A stretch of 64,000 nt of DNA, taken from Candidatus Aenigmatarchaeota archaeon (GTDB lineage: Archaea; Aenigmatarchaeota; Aenigmatarchaeia; CG10238-14; SCSR01). Position 1 is the stretch's first letter; every line of letters begins with the position of its first letter. Under the pieces are notes generated by a model. That model saw nothing but the letters and a program-made list of their open reading frames with translations, had not been told where the DNA came from and made no database searches. Both the position numbers and the translations under genes were made by a program. Where the stretch lies: NCBI GenBank assembly GCA_038998335.1, contig JAVZHQ010000002.1, forward strand, positions 1 to 64,000, given 5' to 3'. Below, piece by piece: positions 10,160-18,678 of the stretch.

Positions 10160-10315
10160 GAAGCCATTTTCCATGAAAGTTTGAAAACAATTTTTTTGTT
10201 CTATTTTTAATTGATTTTCATAATCCCAGGTAATTATCCACAAATTCTTGAATTTAAGCAAGGAAGAAGCTTTTAATAAAGATTTAATTTCTCTTTTTTC
10301 TATTTCTTCCTTTGG
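10160..10315 (-). pseudogene. Degenerate fragment of a second COG1373 ATPase 3' end
   Basis: Encodes KEEIEKREIKSLLKASSLLKFKNLWIITWDYE..., near-identical to 8832-8990, with small indels and no start codon. Confidence 0.85.
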
Positions 10316-10377
10316 TGAAAATTCTCATAACCTACATTATTAGCAAATTTTACTCAAAGAATTAAAAGTTAAGATAG

Positions 10378-10452
10378 TGCCCTCGGCGGGATTTGAACCC
10401 GCGACCTTCAGCTTAGAAGGCTGCTGCTCTATCCAAACTGAGCTACGAGGGC
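10378..10452 (-). tRNA. tRNA-Arg(TCT)
   Basis: GCCCTCG...CGAGGGCA acceptor stem, anticodon arm CAGC-CTTCTAA-GCTG, T loop GGTTCAAATCC. Confidence 0.95.
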
Positions 10453-10569
10453 TTAAACTCACTCTTTACTTCAAAATCTATTATGTTATTTTAAATTATC
10501 TTTTTTATATAAAAGTTGCTAAAATTTAAAAAAAGAAGTTTTAAATACTTGTACTTCATAGAAAAAATT

Positions 10570-10602
10570 ATGAAGCTTGGTGGGCAAGTTCTCAAACTTT
10601 AA
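10570..10602 (+). other. Candidate leader uORF MKLGGQVLKL* upstream of leuS
   Basis: ATG about 30 nt after TTTTAAATA box (10539); 3 Leu codons in 10; function inferred. Confidence 0.35.
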
Positions 10603-10646
10603 GTTTAGACTTCTTCTATTCATTAGCATTATAAAGGAGGTTGTTT

Positions 10647-13340
10647 ATGGTTATTAAATTAACTGCAATAGAGAAAAAATGGCAAAAAGTTTGGGAAAAA
10701 GAAAAAATTTTTGAAGCTAATGTAGATAAACAAAAACCAAAGTTTTTTGTAACTTTTCCTTATCCCTATGTTAATGGTGCTCCTCACGTTGGGGCAGCTT
10801 TTACTGCTTTTAGAGTAGATTCTTACGCTAGGTTCAAAAGAATGCAAGGTTTTAACGTTTTGTATCCGCAAGGTTTTCATGCTACTGGTGAACCCATACT
10901 TGGAGCAATAGAAAGATTAAAACAAAAAGATAAAACACAGGAAGAGACTTTCAAGCTTTACGGAGCAACAAAAAAGGATATAGAAAATTTTATCAAGAAA
11001 GGGGCTGAATTTACTGCAAGATTCTGGATGAAAAGATGGATAGAAGACTTAAAACTTGCTGGCTTTTCTATCGATTGGAGAAGAAGTTTTATAACTGCTG
11101 TAACTCCAACTTATTCTCGCTTTATCGAATGGCAGTATAACACTTTAAGAAAAAAGGGTTATGTAGTTCAAGGCACGCATCCTGTGATTTATTGCCCTAA
11201 ATGTCAAAGCCCAACAGGAGATCATGATAGGTTAGAAGGTGAAGGTGAAAGCCCAATAGACTTTGTTTTGATAAAGTTTAAACTTGATTCTAGGGAAATA
11301 TTGCCTTGTGGTACTTTAAGACCAGAAACAGTTTTTGGAGTAACGAACATTTGGGTTAACCCAAGTATAGAATACGTGAGAGCAAAAGTTGATTCTGAAG
11401 TTTGGATAATAAGTAAAGAAGCAAGCGAAAAATTAAAGGATCAACTTAAAAAAGTTGAAATTTTGGGAAAGATAAAAGGCGAAGAATTAATAGGAAAATA
11501 TGTTGAGAACCCAAAAACAAAAGAAAAGATAATAATTCTGCCAGCAGAATTTGTTGACCCTGATGCTGCTTCAGGAGTAGTTATGTCTGTTCCTTCTCAT
11601 GCTCCTTATGACTGGATTGCTTTGTATGAACTACAAAAAAACCCTGAAAAAATCAAAAAGTATGGGATAGAGGAAGAAGTAAAGAAAATAAAGCCAGTTT
11701 CTATAATAAAAACTCCTGGCTTTGGCGAGCATCCAGCAATAGAAGTTTGCAACAATTTGAAAATAGAAAGTCAGAAAGAAAAAGAAAAACTTGATGAAGC
11801 AACAAGCATAGTTTACAAAAGAGAATTTCACCAAGGTATTCTAAAGGAAAACTGCCAAGAATATTCTGGTTTAAAAGTTTCTGATTGTAAAGAAAGACTT
11901 TCAAAAGAGTTTATTGAAAAGGGAATCGCAGATATAATGTGGGAATCTACAGGAAAAGTTGTTTGTAGGTGTGGAACAAAGAATTATGTAAAAATTTTGG
12001 AAAACCAATGGTTTTTGAAGTATTCAGATTTAGAGTGGAAGAAAAAAGCCTTAGATTGTATAAGAAAAATGAAGTTTTATCCAGAAGAAGTTAGAACGCA
12101 ATTTGAAAAAACTGTTGAATGGCTTAAGGATAAAGCATGCACAAGAAAAGCAGGCTTAGGAACAAACTTACCTTGGGATAAAGAATGGAAGGTTGAAACC
12201 CTTTCGGACAGCACAATCTACATGGCTTATTATACCATAGCAAGAATAATAAACGAGAATAAAATTCCTGCTGAAAAGCTTACTGATGAAGTTTTTGACT
12301 ATGTTTTTCTAGGAAAAGGAAGCTTAGAAGAAATAAGCAAAAATTCTAAACTTGATAAAAAAATCATACAAGAAATGAGGGAAGAATTCGAGTATTTTTA
12401 CCCAGTTGACTTAAGAAATTCAGGAAAAGACTTGGTTCCAAACCATTTAACATTTTACATTTTCCATCATGTTGCAATTTTTGAAGAAAAGCATTGGCCA
12501 AAAGCTATAGGAGTTAATGGTTACGTAAACGTTTTCGGAACAAAGATGAGCAAGTCAAAAGGAAACATAATTCCTTTAAGAAACTTGGTTGAAAAAATTG
12601 GTTCAGATTTAGTGAGAATAAACCTAATAGCTTCAAACGAAGGCCTTAACGATGCTGAATGGAGAGACGAACCCTTAGAAAGCTATAAGGTAAGAATAAA
12701 ATTCTTAGAAGAAATTGTAAAAAATGTAAAGAAGGCAAAGAGAAAAGAAAAGAGAAAAGTGGATCTTTTCTTGAGAAGTAAAGTTCAAGAGCACATAAAA
12801 AATTCCACTCAAGCTTATGAGGAAATGAGGTTTAGGAGTGCGGTACAGCATGCTTTCTTCGATTTTATTAATGATTTAAAATGGTACTTGGAAAGAAACG
12901 GAAAAATAGAAAATTGTAACAAAGAAATTTTGATGGAAGCTTTAGAGAGTATTGTTAAGCTCCTGACTCCTGTTTTACCTCATTTGTGCGAGGAATTCTG
13001 GCACAAGCTTGGTAAAAAAACCCTAATCGTAAAAGAAAAATGGCCAAGTTATGAGGAGAGTAAAGTAGACAAAAAAGCCTTAGAGTTAGAGGAGATATTG
13101 AAGAAAACCATAGAAGATTTAAAGGAAGTTATAAAACTTGCAGGAAAAAAAGAGAATTGTTATTTATACTTAGCTTCTCCCCAGGAATATGAATACTTTA
13201 AGGAAGCTGAAGAATTTATCACAAGGCACTTTGGTTTTAAGAAAACATTTGTTTTTAGAGCTTCTGACGAGAAAAGGTTTGATCCAAAAAACAAAGCAAG
13301 TAGAGCAAAGTACGGAAAACCAGGAATTTACCTTGCTTAA
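10647..13340 (+). CDS. leuS: Leucyl-tRNA synthetase (archaeal type)
   Basis: FPYPYVNGAPHVG (HIGH-like), KMSKS, CP1 TLRPET; GGAGG at 10636 favours ATG 10647. Confidence 0.97.
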   Translation: MVIKLTAIEKKWQKVWEKEKIFEANVDKQKPKFFVTFPYPYVNGAPHVGAAFTAFRVDSYARFKRMQGFNVLYPQGFHATGEPILGAIERLKQKDKTQEETFKLYGATKKDIENFIKKGAEFTARFWMKRWIEDLKLAGFSIDWRRSFITAVTPTYSRFIEWQYNTLRKKGYVVQGTHPVIYCPKCQSPTGDHDRLEGEGESPIDFVLIKFKLDSREILPCGTLRPETVFGVTNIWVNPSIEYVRAKVDSEVWIISKEASEKLKDQLKKVEILGKIKGEELIGKYVENPKTKEKIIILPAEFVDPDAASGVVMSVPSHAPYDWIALYELQKNPEKIKKYGIEEEVKKIKPVSIIKTPGFGEHPAIEVCNNLKIESQKEKEKLDEATSIVYKREFHQGILKENCQEYSGLKVSDCKERLSKEFIEKGIADIMWESTGKVVCRCGTKNYVKILENQWFLKYSDLEWKKKALDCIRKMKFYPEEVRTQFEKTVEWLKDKACTRKAGLGTNLPWDKEWKVETLSDSTIYMAYYTIARIINENKIPAEKLTDEVFDYVFLGKGSLEEISKNSKLDKKIIQEMREEFEYFYPVDLRNSGKDLVPNHLTFYIFHHVAIFEEKHWPKAIGVNGYVNVFGTKMSKSKGNIIPLRNLVEKIGSDLVRINLIASNEGLNDAEWRDEPLESYKVRIKFLEEIVKNVKKAKRKEKRKVDLFLRSKVQEHIKNSTQAYEEMRFRSAVQHAFFDFINDLKWYLERNGKIENCNKEILMEALESIVKLLTPVLPHLCEEFWHKLGKKTLIVKEKWPSYEESKVDKKALELEEILKKTIEDLKEVIKLAGKKENCYLYLASPQEYEYFKEAEEFITRHFGFKKTFVFRASDEKRFDPKNKASRAKYGKPGIYLA

Positions 13341-13341
13341 A

Positions 13342-14127
13342 TTATAAAGCTAAAGAAATTGTTTCTATAAAGGCTGCGATTCCAAGAATTACGATAGAAA
13401 TTAAAAGAAGTTTTAAGCTGTCGAAAACTATTAACCAAAAGTTTTTAGATTTTCTTCTTGTGATTGCGACAGAAATTAGCCCGCCAGCTATCGCTCCTAT
13501 GAAAAAAGCTAAAAATTCTAAGCTACCGTGAGGAAGAAACGGTAAAGCAGCTACCGGTAAAGCTTTTACTCCACCAATACTTTTTGCTAAGGAGCCAATG
13601 GCTGCAGCTAAAACAGAAGCATTCCAGGAAATTATGAATACGGCACCCGCGCCAAAAAGGAAAGAAAGCAAGAAAGATAAAAACATTACTCCTACATTAT
13701 TGAAAAATATTGCTTGGAAGGTGTCAGCAAATGTTGCTTTTCCTCTTATCGCGTTTATTGTGTCTATTTGATCTTTAAAAAGTTTGTAGCCTGTTTCTTC
13801 TGGAAGGAGAACGTAAGTTAAAGATAAAGCAATGACTACGCCTACACAAAAAGCTGCATAAACTTTTAGTATGTCAGCATGTCTTTTTAGAAGAGAGGTA
13901 TCTTTTTCTATCACTTCCTCTTCCTTAGCTTCATGGTATCTTATTAAGTTAAGCATGAAAGGAAGGGAAGCTATAGTAATCAAAAGGTTTGTCATTAAGC
14001 CGATCGAAGATTCAAAAATTATGGAAGCGATAAAGAGGCATGCTAAGGAAATTATTGCTCCGTAGATTATCATTACCAAAGGATTTCTCAAGGCAAGTTT
14101 TAAAGGTACAAGCTTTTCAAGAACCAT
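13342..14127 (-). CDS. SpoIIM-family integral membrane protein
   Basis: Multi-TM; IFFNN...WNAS...LPHGSLEF motif; start taken at MVLEKL. Confidence 0.8.
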   Translation of the reverse strand: MVLEKLVPLKLALRNPLVMIIYGAIISLACLFIASIIFESSIGLMTNLLITIASLPFMLNLIRYHEAKEEEVIEKDTSLLKRHADILKVYAAFCVGVVIALSLTYVLLPEETGYKLFKDQIDTINAIRGKATFADTFQAIFFNNVGVMFLSFLLSFLFGAGAVFIISWNASVLAAAIGSLAKSIGGVKALPVAALPFLPHGSLEFLAFFIGAIAGGLISVAITRRKSKNFWLIVFDSLKLLLISIVILGIAAFIETISLAL

Positions 14128-14168
14128 AATCTCTAAATTTAAATAGGTTAGAAGAAAATAAATTTCTT

Positions 14169-14615
14169 GTGAAGATAAAGATAAACACAGCAACCATGAT
14201 TAGCTTGGTACTCATTTTCTTAATGCTAGGCTCAAGCATAATAGTAGGAATTGAAAGGTTTTTAAGTCCAACCGCTTCTACAATAAAACTTCCTGAGAAG
14301 AATATAATAAATTATGAACTTGGAATAAACGAAGAAAAATATCTTCTGGAAAGAGGGGTAACAATAGTCAAAGCTTATTTTCCAAGAAATTGTGTTGAGT
14401 GCCTAGAAATAAAAAATTACCTAGAAAATTTTATCACTCAAAACTCAAACCAAGTTATAATGCAAGAGCTTGATTCAAACGTTTCTAAAATAGAAATCAG
14501 AAGTTATAGAGGAAGAGAAATATTAGAGAATGCTACTCAAGAAAAAATTTTTGAATCTTTTTGCGAGCTAATGCTTCAGCCTCCTGCTAACTGCGTTTTG
14601 AAAGGTCTAACATGA
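14169..14615 (+). CDS. Membrane-anchored hypothetical protein, CxxC, possibly thioredoxin-like
   Basis: N-terminal hydrophobic helix, CVEC motif. Confidence 0.6.
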   Translation: MKIKINTATMISLVLIFLMLGSSIIVGIERFLSPTASTIKLPEKNIINYELGINEEKYLLERGVTIVKAYFPRNCVECLEIKNYLENFITQNSNQVIMQELDSNVSKIEIRSYRGREILENATQEKIFESFCELMLQPPANCVLKGLT

Positions 14616-15199
14616 AAGTTGTTGGAATAGATTTAGCAGGAAGTGAGAAAAGAGAAACAGGTTTTTGCATTCTCGACAAAAACTTGAAGGCAGAAACTTC
14701 GATTCTTTTCACGGATAAGGAAATAATAGAAGAAATTGAAAAGGTTAAGCCAAGAGTAGTAAGCATAGACGCTCCTCTTGCTTTACCTAAAGGGAGGCCA
14801 AACCTTTCAAAAAAGTATAAGAATTATCCTCATTTAAGAGAGTGCGATAAGGAATTGTTGAAAATGAAAATTAAATTTTTTCCTATAACTCTTGGGCCTA
14901 TGAGAAAGCTAACAGAAAGAGGAATTAGATTGAAAAAAATTCTTGAAAAAAAAGGTTTTGAAGTTATAGAAACTTTTCCTGGAGCAGCTCAAGACTTGCT
15001 AAAAATTCCAAGAAGGAAAGAAAAAGAAAAATTGAGAAAAGGTTTGATAAAACTTGGAATAAAAGGAATAAAGAAAAATATAAGTGAGCATGAACTAGAT
15101 GCTATAACTTGTGCTTTAGTTGGAAAACTTTACCTTGAAGGAAATTATTTAGCTATAGGTGATAAGGAAGAAGTTTTGATGATTCTTCCAAAAGTTTAA
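14612..15199 (+). CDS. DUF429-type RNase H-fold predicted nuclease
   Basis: VGIDLAG, IDAPL, IETFPGA, HELDA motifs. Confidence 0.85.
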   Translation: MKVVGIDLAGSEKRETGFCILDKNLKAETSILFTDKEIIEEIEKVKPRVVSIDAPLALPKGRPNLSKKYKNYPHLRECDKELLKMKIKFFPITLGPMRKLTERGIRLKKILEKKGFEVIETFPGAAQDLLKIPRRKEKEKLRKGLIKLGIKGIKKNISEHELDAITCALVGKLYLEGNYLAIGDKEEVLMILPKV

Positions 15200-15201
15200 A
15201 T

Positions 15202-16974
15202 TTATTCTAGAATCGCTTTTATCCTTCTTATCCCAGCAGCAACCCCTTCTTCTTTTATTATCTTAAACCTTCCTAGCTCTTTTGTATTTTTTACGTGTGG
15301 TCCTCCACAAATTTCAACCGAAAAATTGCCAATAAAATAGACAGAAACTTTTTCCCCATACTTATGCTCAAAAACTGCTTGTGCACCTCTTTTCTTTGCT
15401 TCTTCTACAGTCATCTCTTCCCTCCAAACAGGCAAACCTTTTCTTATTTGTTCGTTAACCAAATCTTCAATCTTTTTAATTTCTTCTTCAGTCAATTTCC
15501 TTTCAAAGTTGAAGTCAAACCTTAATCTTTCAGGAGTAATGTTAGAACCTTTTTGAACTATATCTTTTCTTTTCAAGACTCTTCTTATTGCTTCGTTTAG
15601 CAAATGAGTTGCTGTATGAAGCTTGATAGTTTGTTCAGAAGCATCTATTAGTCCACCTTTAAACTTTTTCTCAGCTCCTTTCCTTGAAATTTGTTTATGT
15701 TTTTCGTATTCTTTCCAAAATCCTTCCTCGTCAACCTCTATTCCTTTTTCTTTCGCGAGCTCTTTTGTCATCTCAAAAGGAAAGCCGAAGCTTTGGAATA
15801 AGAGAAAAGCATCCTTTCCACTTATCATTTTTCCCTTTGCCATTTCCTCAAACTTTTTCAAACCTTTTGAAAGAGTATTCCTAAATTTATTTTCTTCCCT
15901 TCCAAGCTCTTCAAGAATAAAGTTTTCTTTTTCTTGTAAAAGAGGATACCTTTTCTTGTAAATTTCTATAACAACCTTTGCAATCTCGCCCAAAAACCCT
16001 TTCTCTATTCCTAAAATCTTTCCGTACCTAATAGCTCTTCTTATAAGTCTTCTCAAAATATAGCCTCTGTCAACATTGCTAGGCAGAACAGGATTTTCAT
16101 CACCGAGGATAAAAGTGGAAGCTCTCAAATGGTCTGTAACAATTCTTATAGAAATTTCCTGCTTTTCGTCTGGTTTTTCTATCCCAGCAATTTCTTTTAT
16201 CTTTTCGTATATTGGCCTTAAAGTTTCTATTTCATAAACACTTTTTCTCCCTTGCAAAATAGCAACAGTTCTTTCAACTCCCATTCCTGTATCAACATTC
16301 TTTTGTTTCAAAGGTTCAAATTTTCCTTCTTTTGTTTTATTGTATTCCATAAAAACATTGTTCCAAAGCTCGAAGTATTTTCCGCAATTGCATCCAGGTC
16401 TACAATTTTTACTGCAAGCCTTTTTTCCACTATCGTAAAAAATTTCTGTGCATGGACCACAAGGTCCTGTTGAACCGACAGGTCCCCAGAAATTCTCTTC
16501 TCTGGAAAGGAAAAAAATCCTTTCCCTAGGAATTCCCAAGCTTTGCCATATCCTCGCGCTTTCTTCGTCTCTTGGCAAATCTTTGTCACCAGCAAAAACT
16601 GTAACATAGATTCTTTCTTTATCTAAACCGAGCCATTTCTTGCTAGTTAAAAACTCCAAGCTCCATTTTATAGATTCCTCCTTGAAATAATCTCCTAAGG
16701 ACCAGTTCCCAAGCATCTCAAAAAATGTTAGATGAAAAGCGTCACCAACCTTTTCTATATCATCAGTTCTCAAGCATCTTTGAACGTTAACAAGCCTTTT
16801 CCCCAAGGGATGAGGCTGGCCTAAAAGATAAGGAATTAAAGGATGCATGCCTGCAGGAGTAAACAAAACAGTAGGGTCATGCTCAGGAACTAGCGAAACG
16901 TTAGGAATAACTTTATGACCTTTTTCTTCAAAAAATTTTATGTAGAGTTGGATAAGCTTTTCTGAATCTATCAT
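15202..16974 (-). CDS. alaS: Alanyl-tRNA synthetase, short form lacking C-Ala domain
   Basis: LFTPAGM, HLTFFEMLGNWS, GPCGPCTE, VDTGMG, editing HTATH...CGGPH; ends after GIRRIKA. Confidence 0.95.
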   Translation of the reverse strand: MIDSEKLIQLYIKFFEEKGHKVIPNVSLVPEHDPTVLFTPAGMHPLIPYLLGQPHPLGKRLVNVQRCLRTDDIEKVGDAFHLTFFEMLGNWSLGDYFKEESIKWSLEFLTSKKWLGLDKERIYVTVFAGDKDLPRDEESARIWQSLGIPRERIFFLSREENFWGPVGSTGPCGPCTEIFYDSGKKACSKNCRPGCNCGKYFELWNNVFMEYNKTKEGKFEPLKQKNVDTGMGVERTVAILQGRKSVYEIETLRPIYEKIKEIAGIEKPDEKQEISIRIVTDHLRASTFILGDENPVLPSNVDRGYILRRLIRRAIRYGKILGIEKGFLGEIAKVVIEIYKKRYPLLQEKENFILEELGREENKFRNTLSKGLKKFEEMAKGKMISGKDAFLLFQSFGFPFEMTKELAKEKGIEVDEEGFWKEYEKHKQISRKGAEKKFKGGLIDASEQTIKLHTATHLLNEAIRRVLKRKDIVQKGSNITPERLRFDFNFERKLTEEEIKKIEDLVNEQIRKGLPVWREEMTVEEAKKRGAQAVFEHKYGEKVSVYFIGNFSVEICGGPHVKNTKELGRFKIIKEEGVAAGIRRIKAILE

Positions 16975-17010
16975 AATATCACTTTTAAATTTTTACCTTA
17001 AAGAATTTAT

Positions 17011-18276
17011 TTAAATTCCAAGAAAGGATAAAACTGCACAATTTAAACCTGAAAAATAAAGAATTGAAGGAATAAGCAAGCAGCCCATGCAATGCGAGCG
17101 TTTAATTTCTAAAAGAGCACAAAGTAAGCCTATACTAGTTGAAACAAAAGCTATAAGTAGACCAAAAATTCCAGTTATCAAAAAAATTATTGTTGAAATA
17201 AAGATTAAAATAAAAATGCAAAGTTTTCTGTAGTTCAGCTTTTCTAAAAATTTTGGAATTTTTTTACCAAGAAATAAAGTTAAAGCTGAAGCTATGCCAG
17301 CAGAAAAACAAACCGAACCAATAAGGTAAACTATATCATAAAAATTTAGCTCAGTTAAAACTCTTTGAACTGCAACGCTGCTCCCGCTTCTCGGGTTTCC
17401 TACTAAAAACAAATTGACCAAGGAAAAAATTTCATTTCCAACGTTTATTCCAGAAACAGTAATCAAAAAGCTTCTTGCGTCGCTTGCTTTGCCCAAATAC
17501 TGAACTAGAGTAGCAGCCTGAGAAACTCCTATTGCTGGAAGTAAGCCTACAATAATTCCAGCAAAACAACCTAAAATTACCGATTTAATTATTTGAAAAT
17601 TTCCAATTTTCAATTTAGAATCTTCTTCTTGCTTCGGGATAAAAGCCCTTTCTGTTAAGCTTAAAATGAGAGTGCTTAAACCAAAAAGTCCTGTTAGAAT
17701 CGGAAAAAGAACGTTCTGTTGCGAGACTAAAGAAGAATTAAGAGTTATTATTCCTAAAAAACCTGAAAGGAAGATTATTAGAATTGCGTAAAAAATTTTC
17801 TTTAATTTTTTCTCAGAACCTACCATAAGAATTACAACAAAAGCTATTAAATAATGGACATAAGGCCTGGAAATTTCATAAAGATAAACAAAAGCATTTC
17901 CAAAAGCTAAGATAAAAGCTAGGCTTAAAATTAAAGATAAAATTCCTCCCAAAACGGTAAGTTTAATTGCTTCGTATCCTCTTCCTTCTAGCAAAAGTCT
18001 GTGACCAGGCAAAACAGAAAGGCTTGTGTCTTCGTCTGGTGCGCCAAGAAATATCGAAGGAATAAAATTCATGAAAATTTCTGATATGCTAGTTGAAACT
18101 ATTAACACTGCGAGAAAGTAAGGGTTTTGAACAAGAAATGAAAAAGAAAGTATAATCGGAACTATAAGGTTGACATGAAAGCCTGGCACCAAACCACAAA
18201 ATATTCCAAAAGCAATTCCAATCAAACAAAAAATTAGAGTCTCAAAAATCATGAGAATCAACTTTAATATCCTCAA
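17011..18276 (-). CDS. TctA-family tripartite tricarboxylate transporter permease-like protein
   Basis: GLVPGFHVN, FLGAPDEDTSLSVLPGH, GNPRSG; many TM helices; true start may be MIFETL. Confidence 0.85.
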   Translation of the reverse strand: MRILKLILMIFETLIFCLIGIAFGIFCGLVPGFHVNLIVPIILSFSFLVQNPYFLAVLIVSTSISEIFMNFIPSIFLGAPDEDTSLSVLPGHRLLLEGRGYEAIKLTVLGGILSLILSLAFILAFGNAFVYLYEISRPYVHYLIAFVVILMVGSEKKLKKIFYAILIIFLSGFLGIITLNSSLVSQQNVLFPILTGLFGLSTLILSLTERAFIPKQEEDSKLKIGNFQIIKSVILGCFAGIIVGLLPAIGVSQAATLVQYLGKASDARSFLITVSGINVGNEIFSLVNLFLVGNPRSGSSVAVQRVLTELNFYDIVYLIGSVCFSAGIASALTLFLGKKIPKFLEKLNYRKLCIFILIFISTIIFLITGIFGLLIAFVSTSIGLLCALLEIKRSHCMGCLLIPSILYFSGLNCAVLSFLGI

Positions 18277-18637
18277 CTTTCCTTGGAATTATTTGTAACT
18301 CTCCTTTGTATTCGCTAACAATTCCTGTAACACTTATAATTTTCCCTTCCTTAAGCTCTTCTTCACCAATTCTTTCTTTCAACTTTTCCATAAAACTTGA
18401 GAAAAGTGGGACTTGCAACTTTTTCTTTCCGTCGGTAATCGTTAGGAACAAATGGCCTGAAGGATGAGAGTTTGCGTAAATTATTTTTCCGCTCGTTCTC
18501 ACACTTTTCCCGACAAACTCAAAGGTAATTTCGCTTATCTTTACTTCCTGAGGTTGAATGCTTAGAGCAGAAAAGTAGATTAAAATCAAACCTAAGATAG
18601 AGCAAAAAAAGCAGAACAAAGTAAAAAAGTTTTCCAT
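18242..18637 (-). CDS. Membrane-anchored OB-fold protein
   Basis: N-terminal TM; VRTSG...HLFLTITDG...VTGIVSEYKGELQI OB pattern. Confidence 0.75.
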   Translation of the reverse strand: MENFFTLFCFFCSILGLILIYFSALSIQPQEVKISEITFEFVGKSVRTSGKIIYANSHPSGHLFLTITDGKKKLQVPLFSSFMEKLKERIGEEELKEGKIISVTGIVSEYKGELQIIPRKVEDIKVDSHDF

Positions 18638-18678
18638 AATCTAAGGGAAACAGTAAAAAATTTTTATAAAATTTTAAC

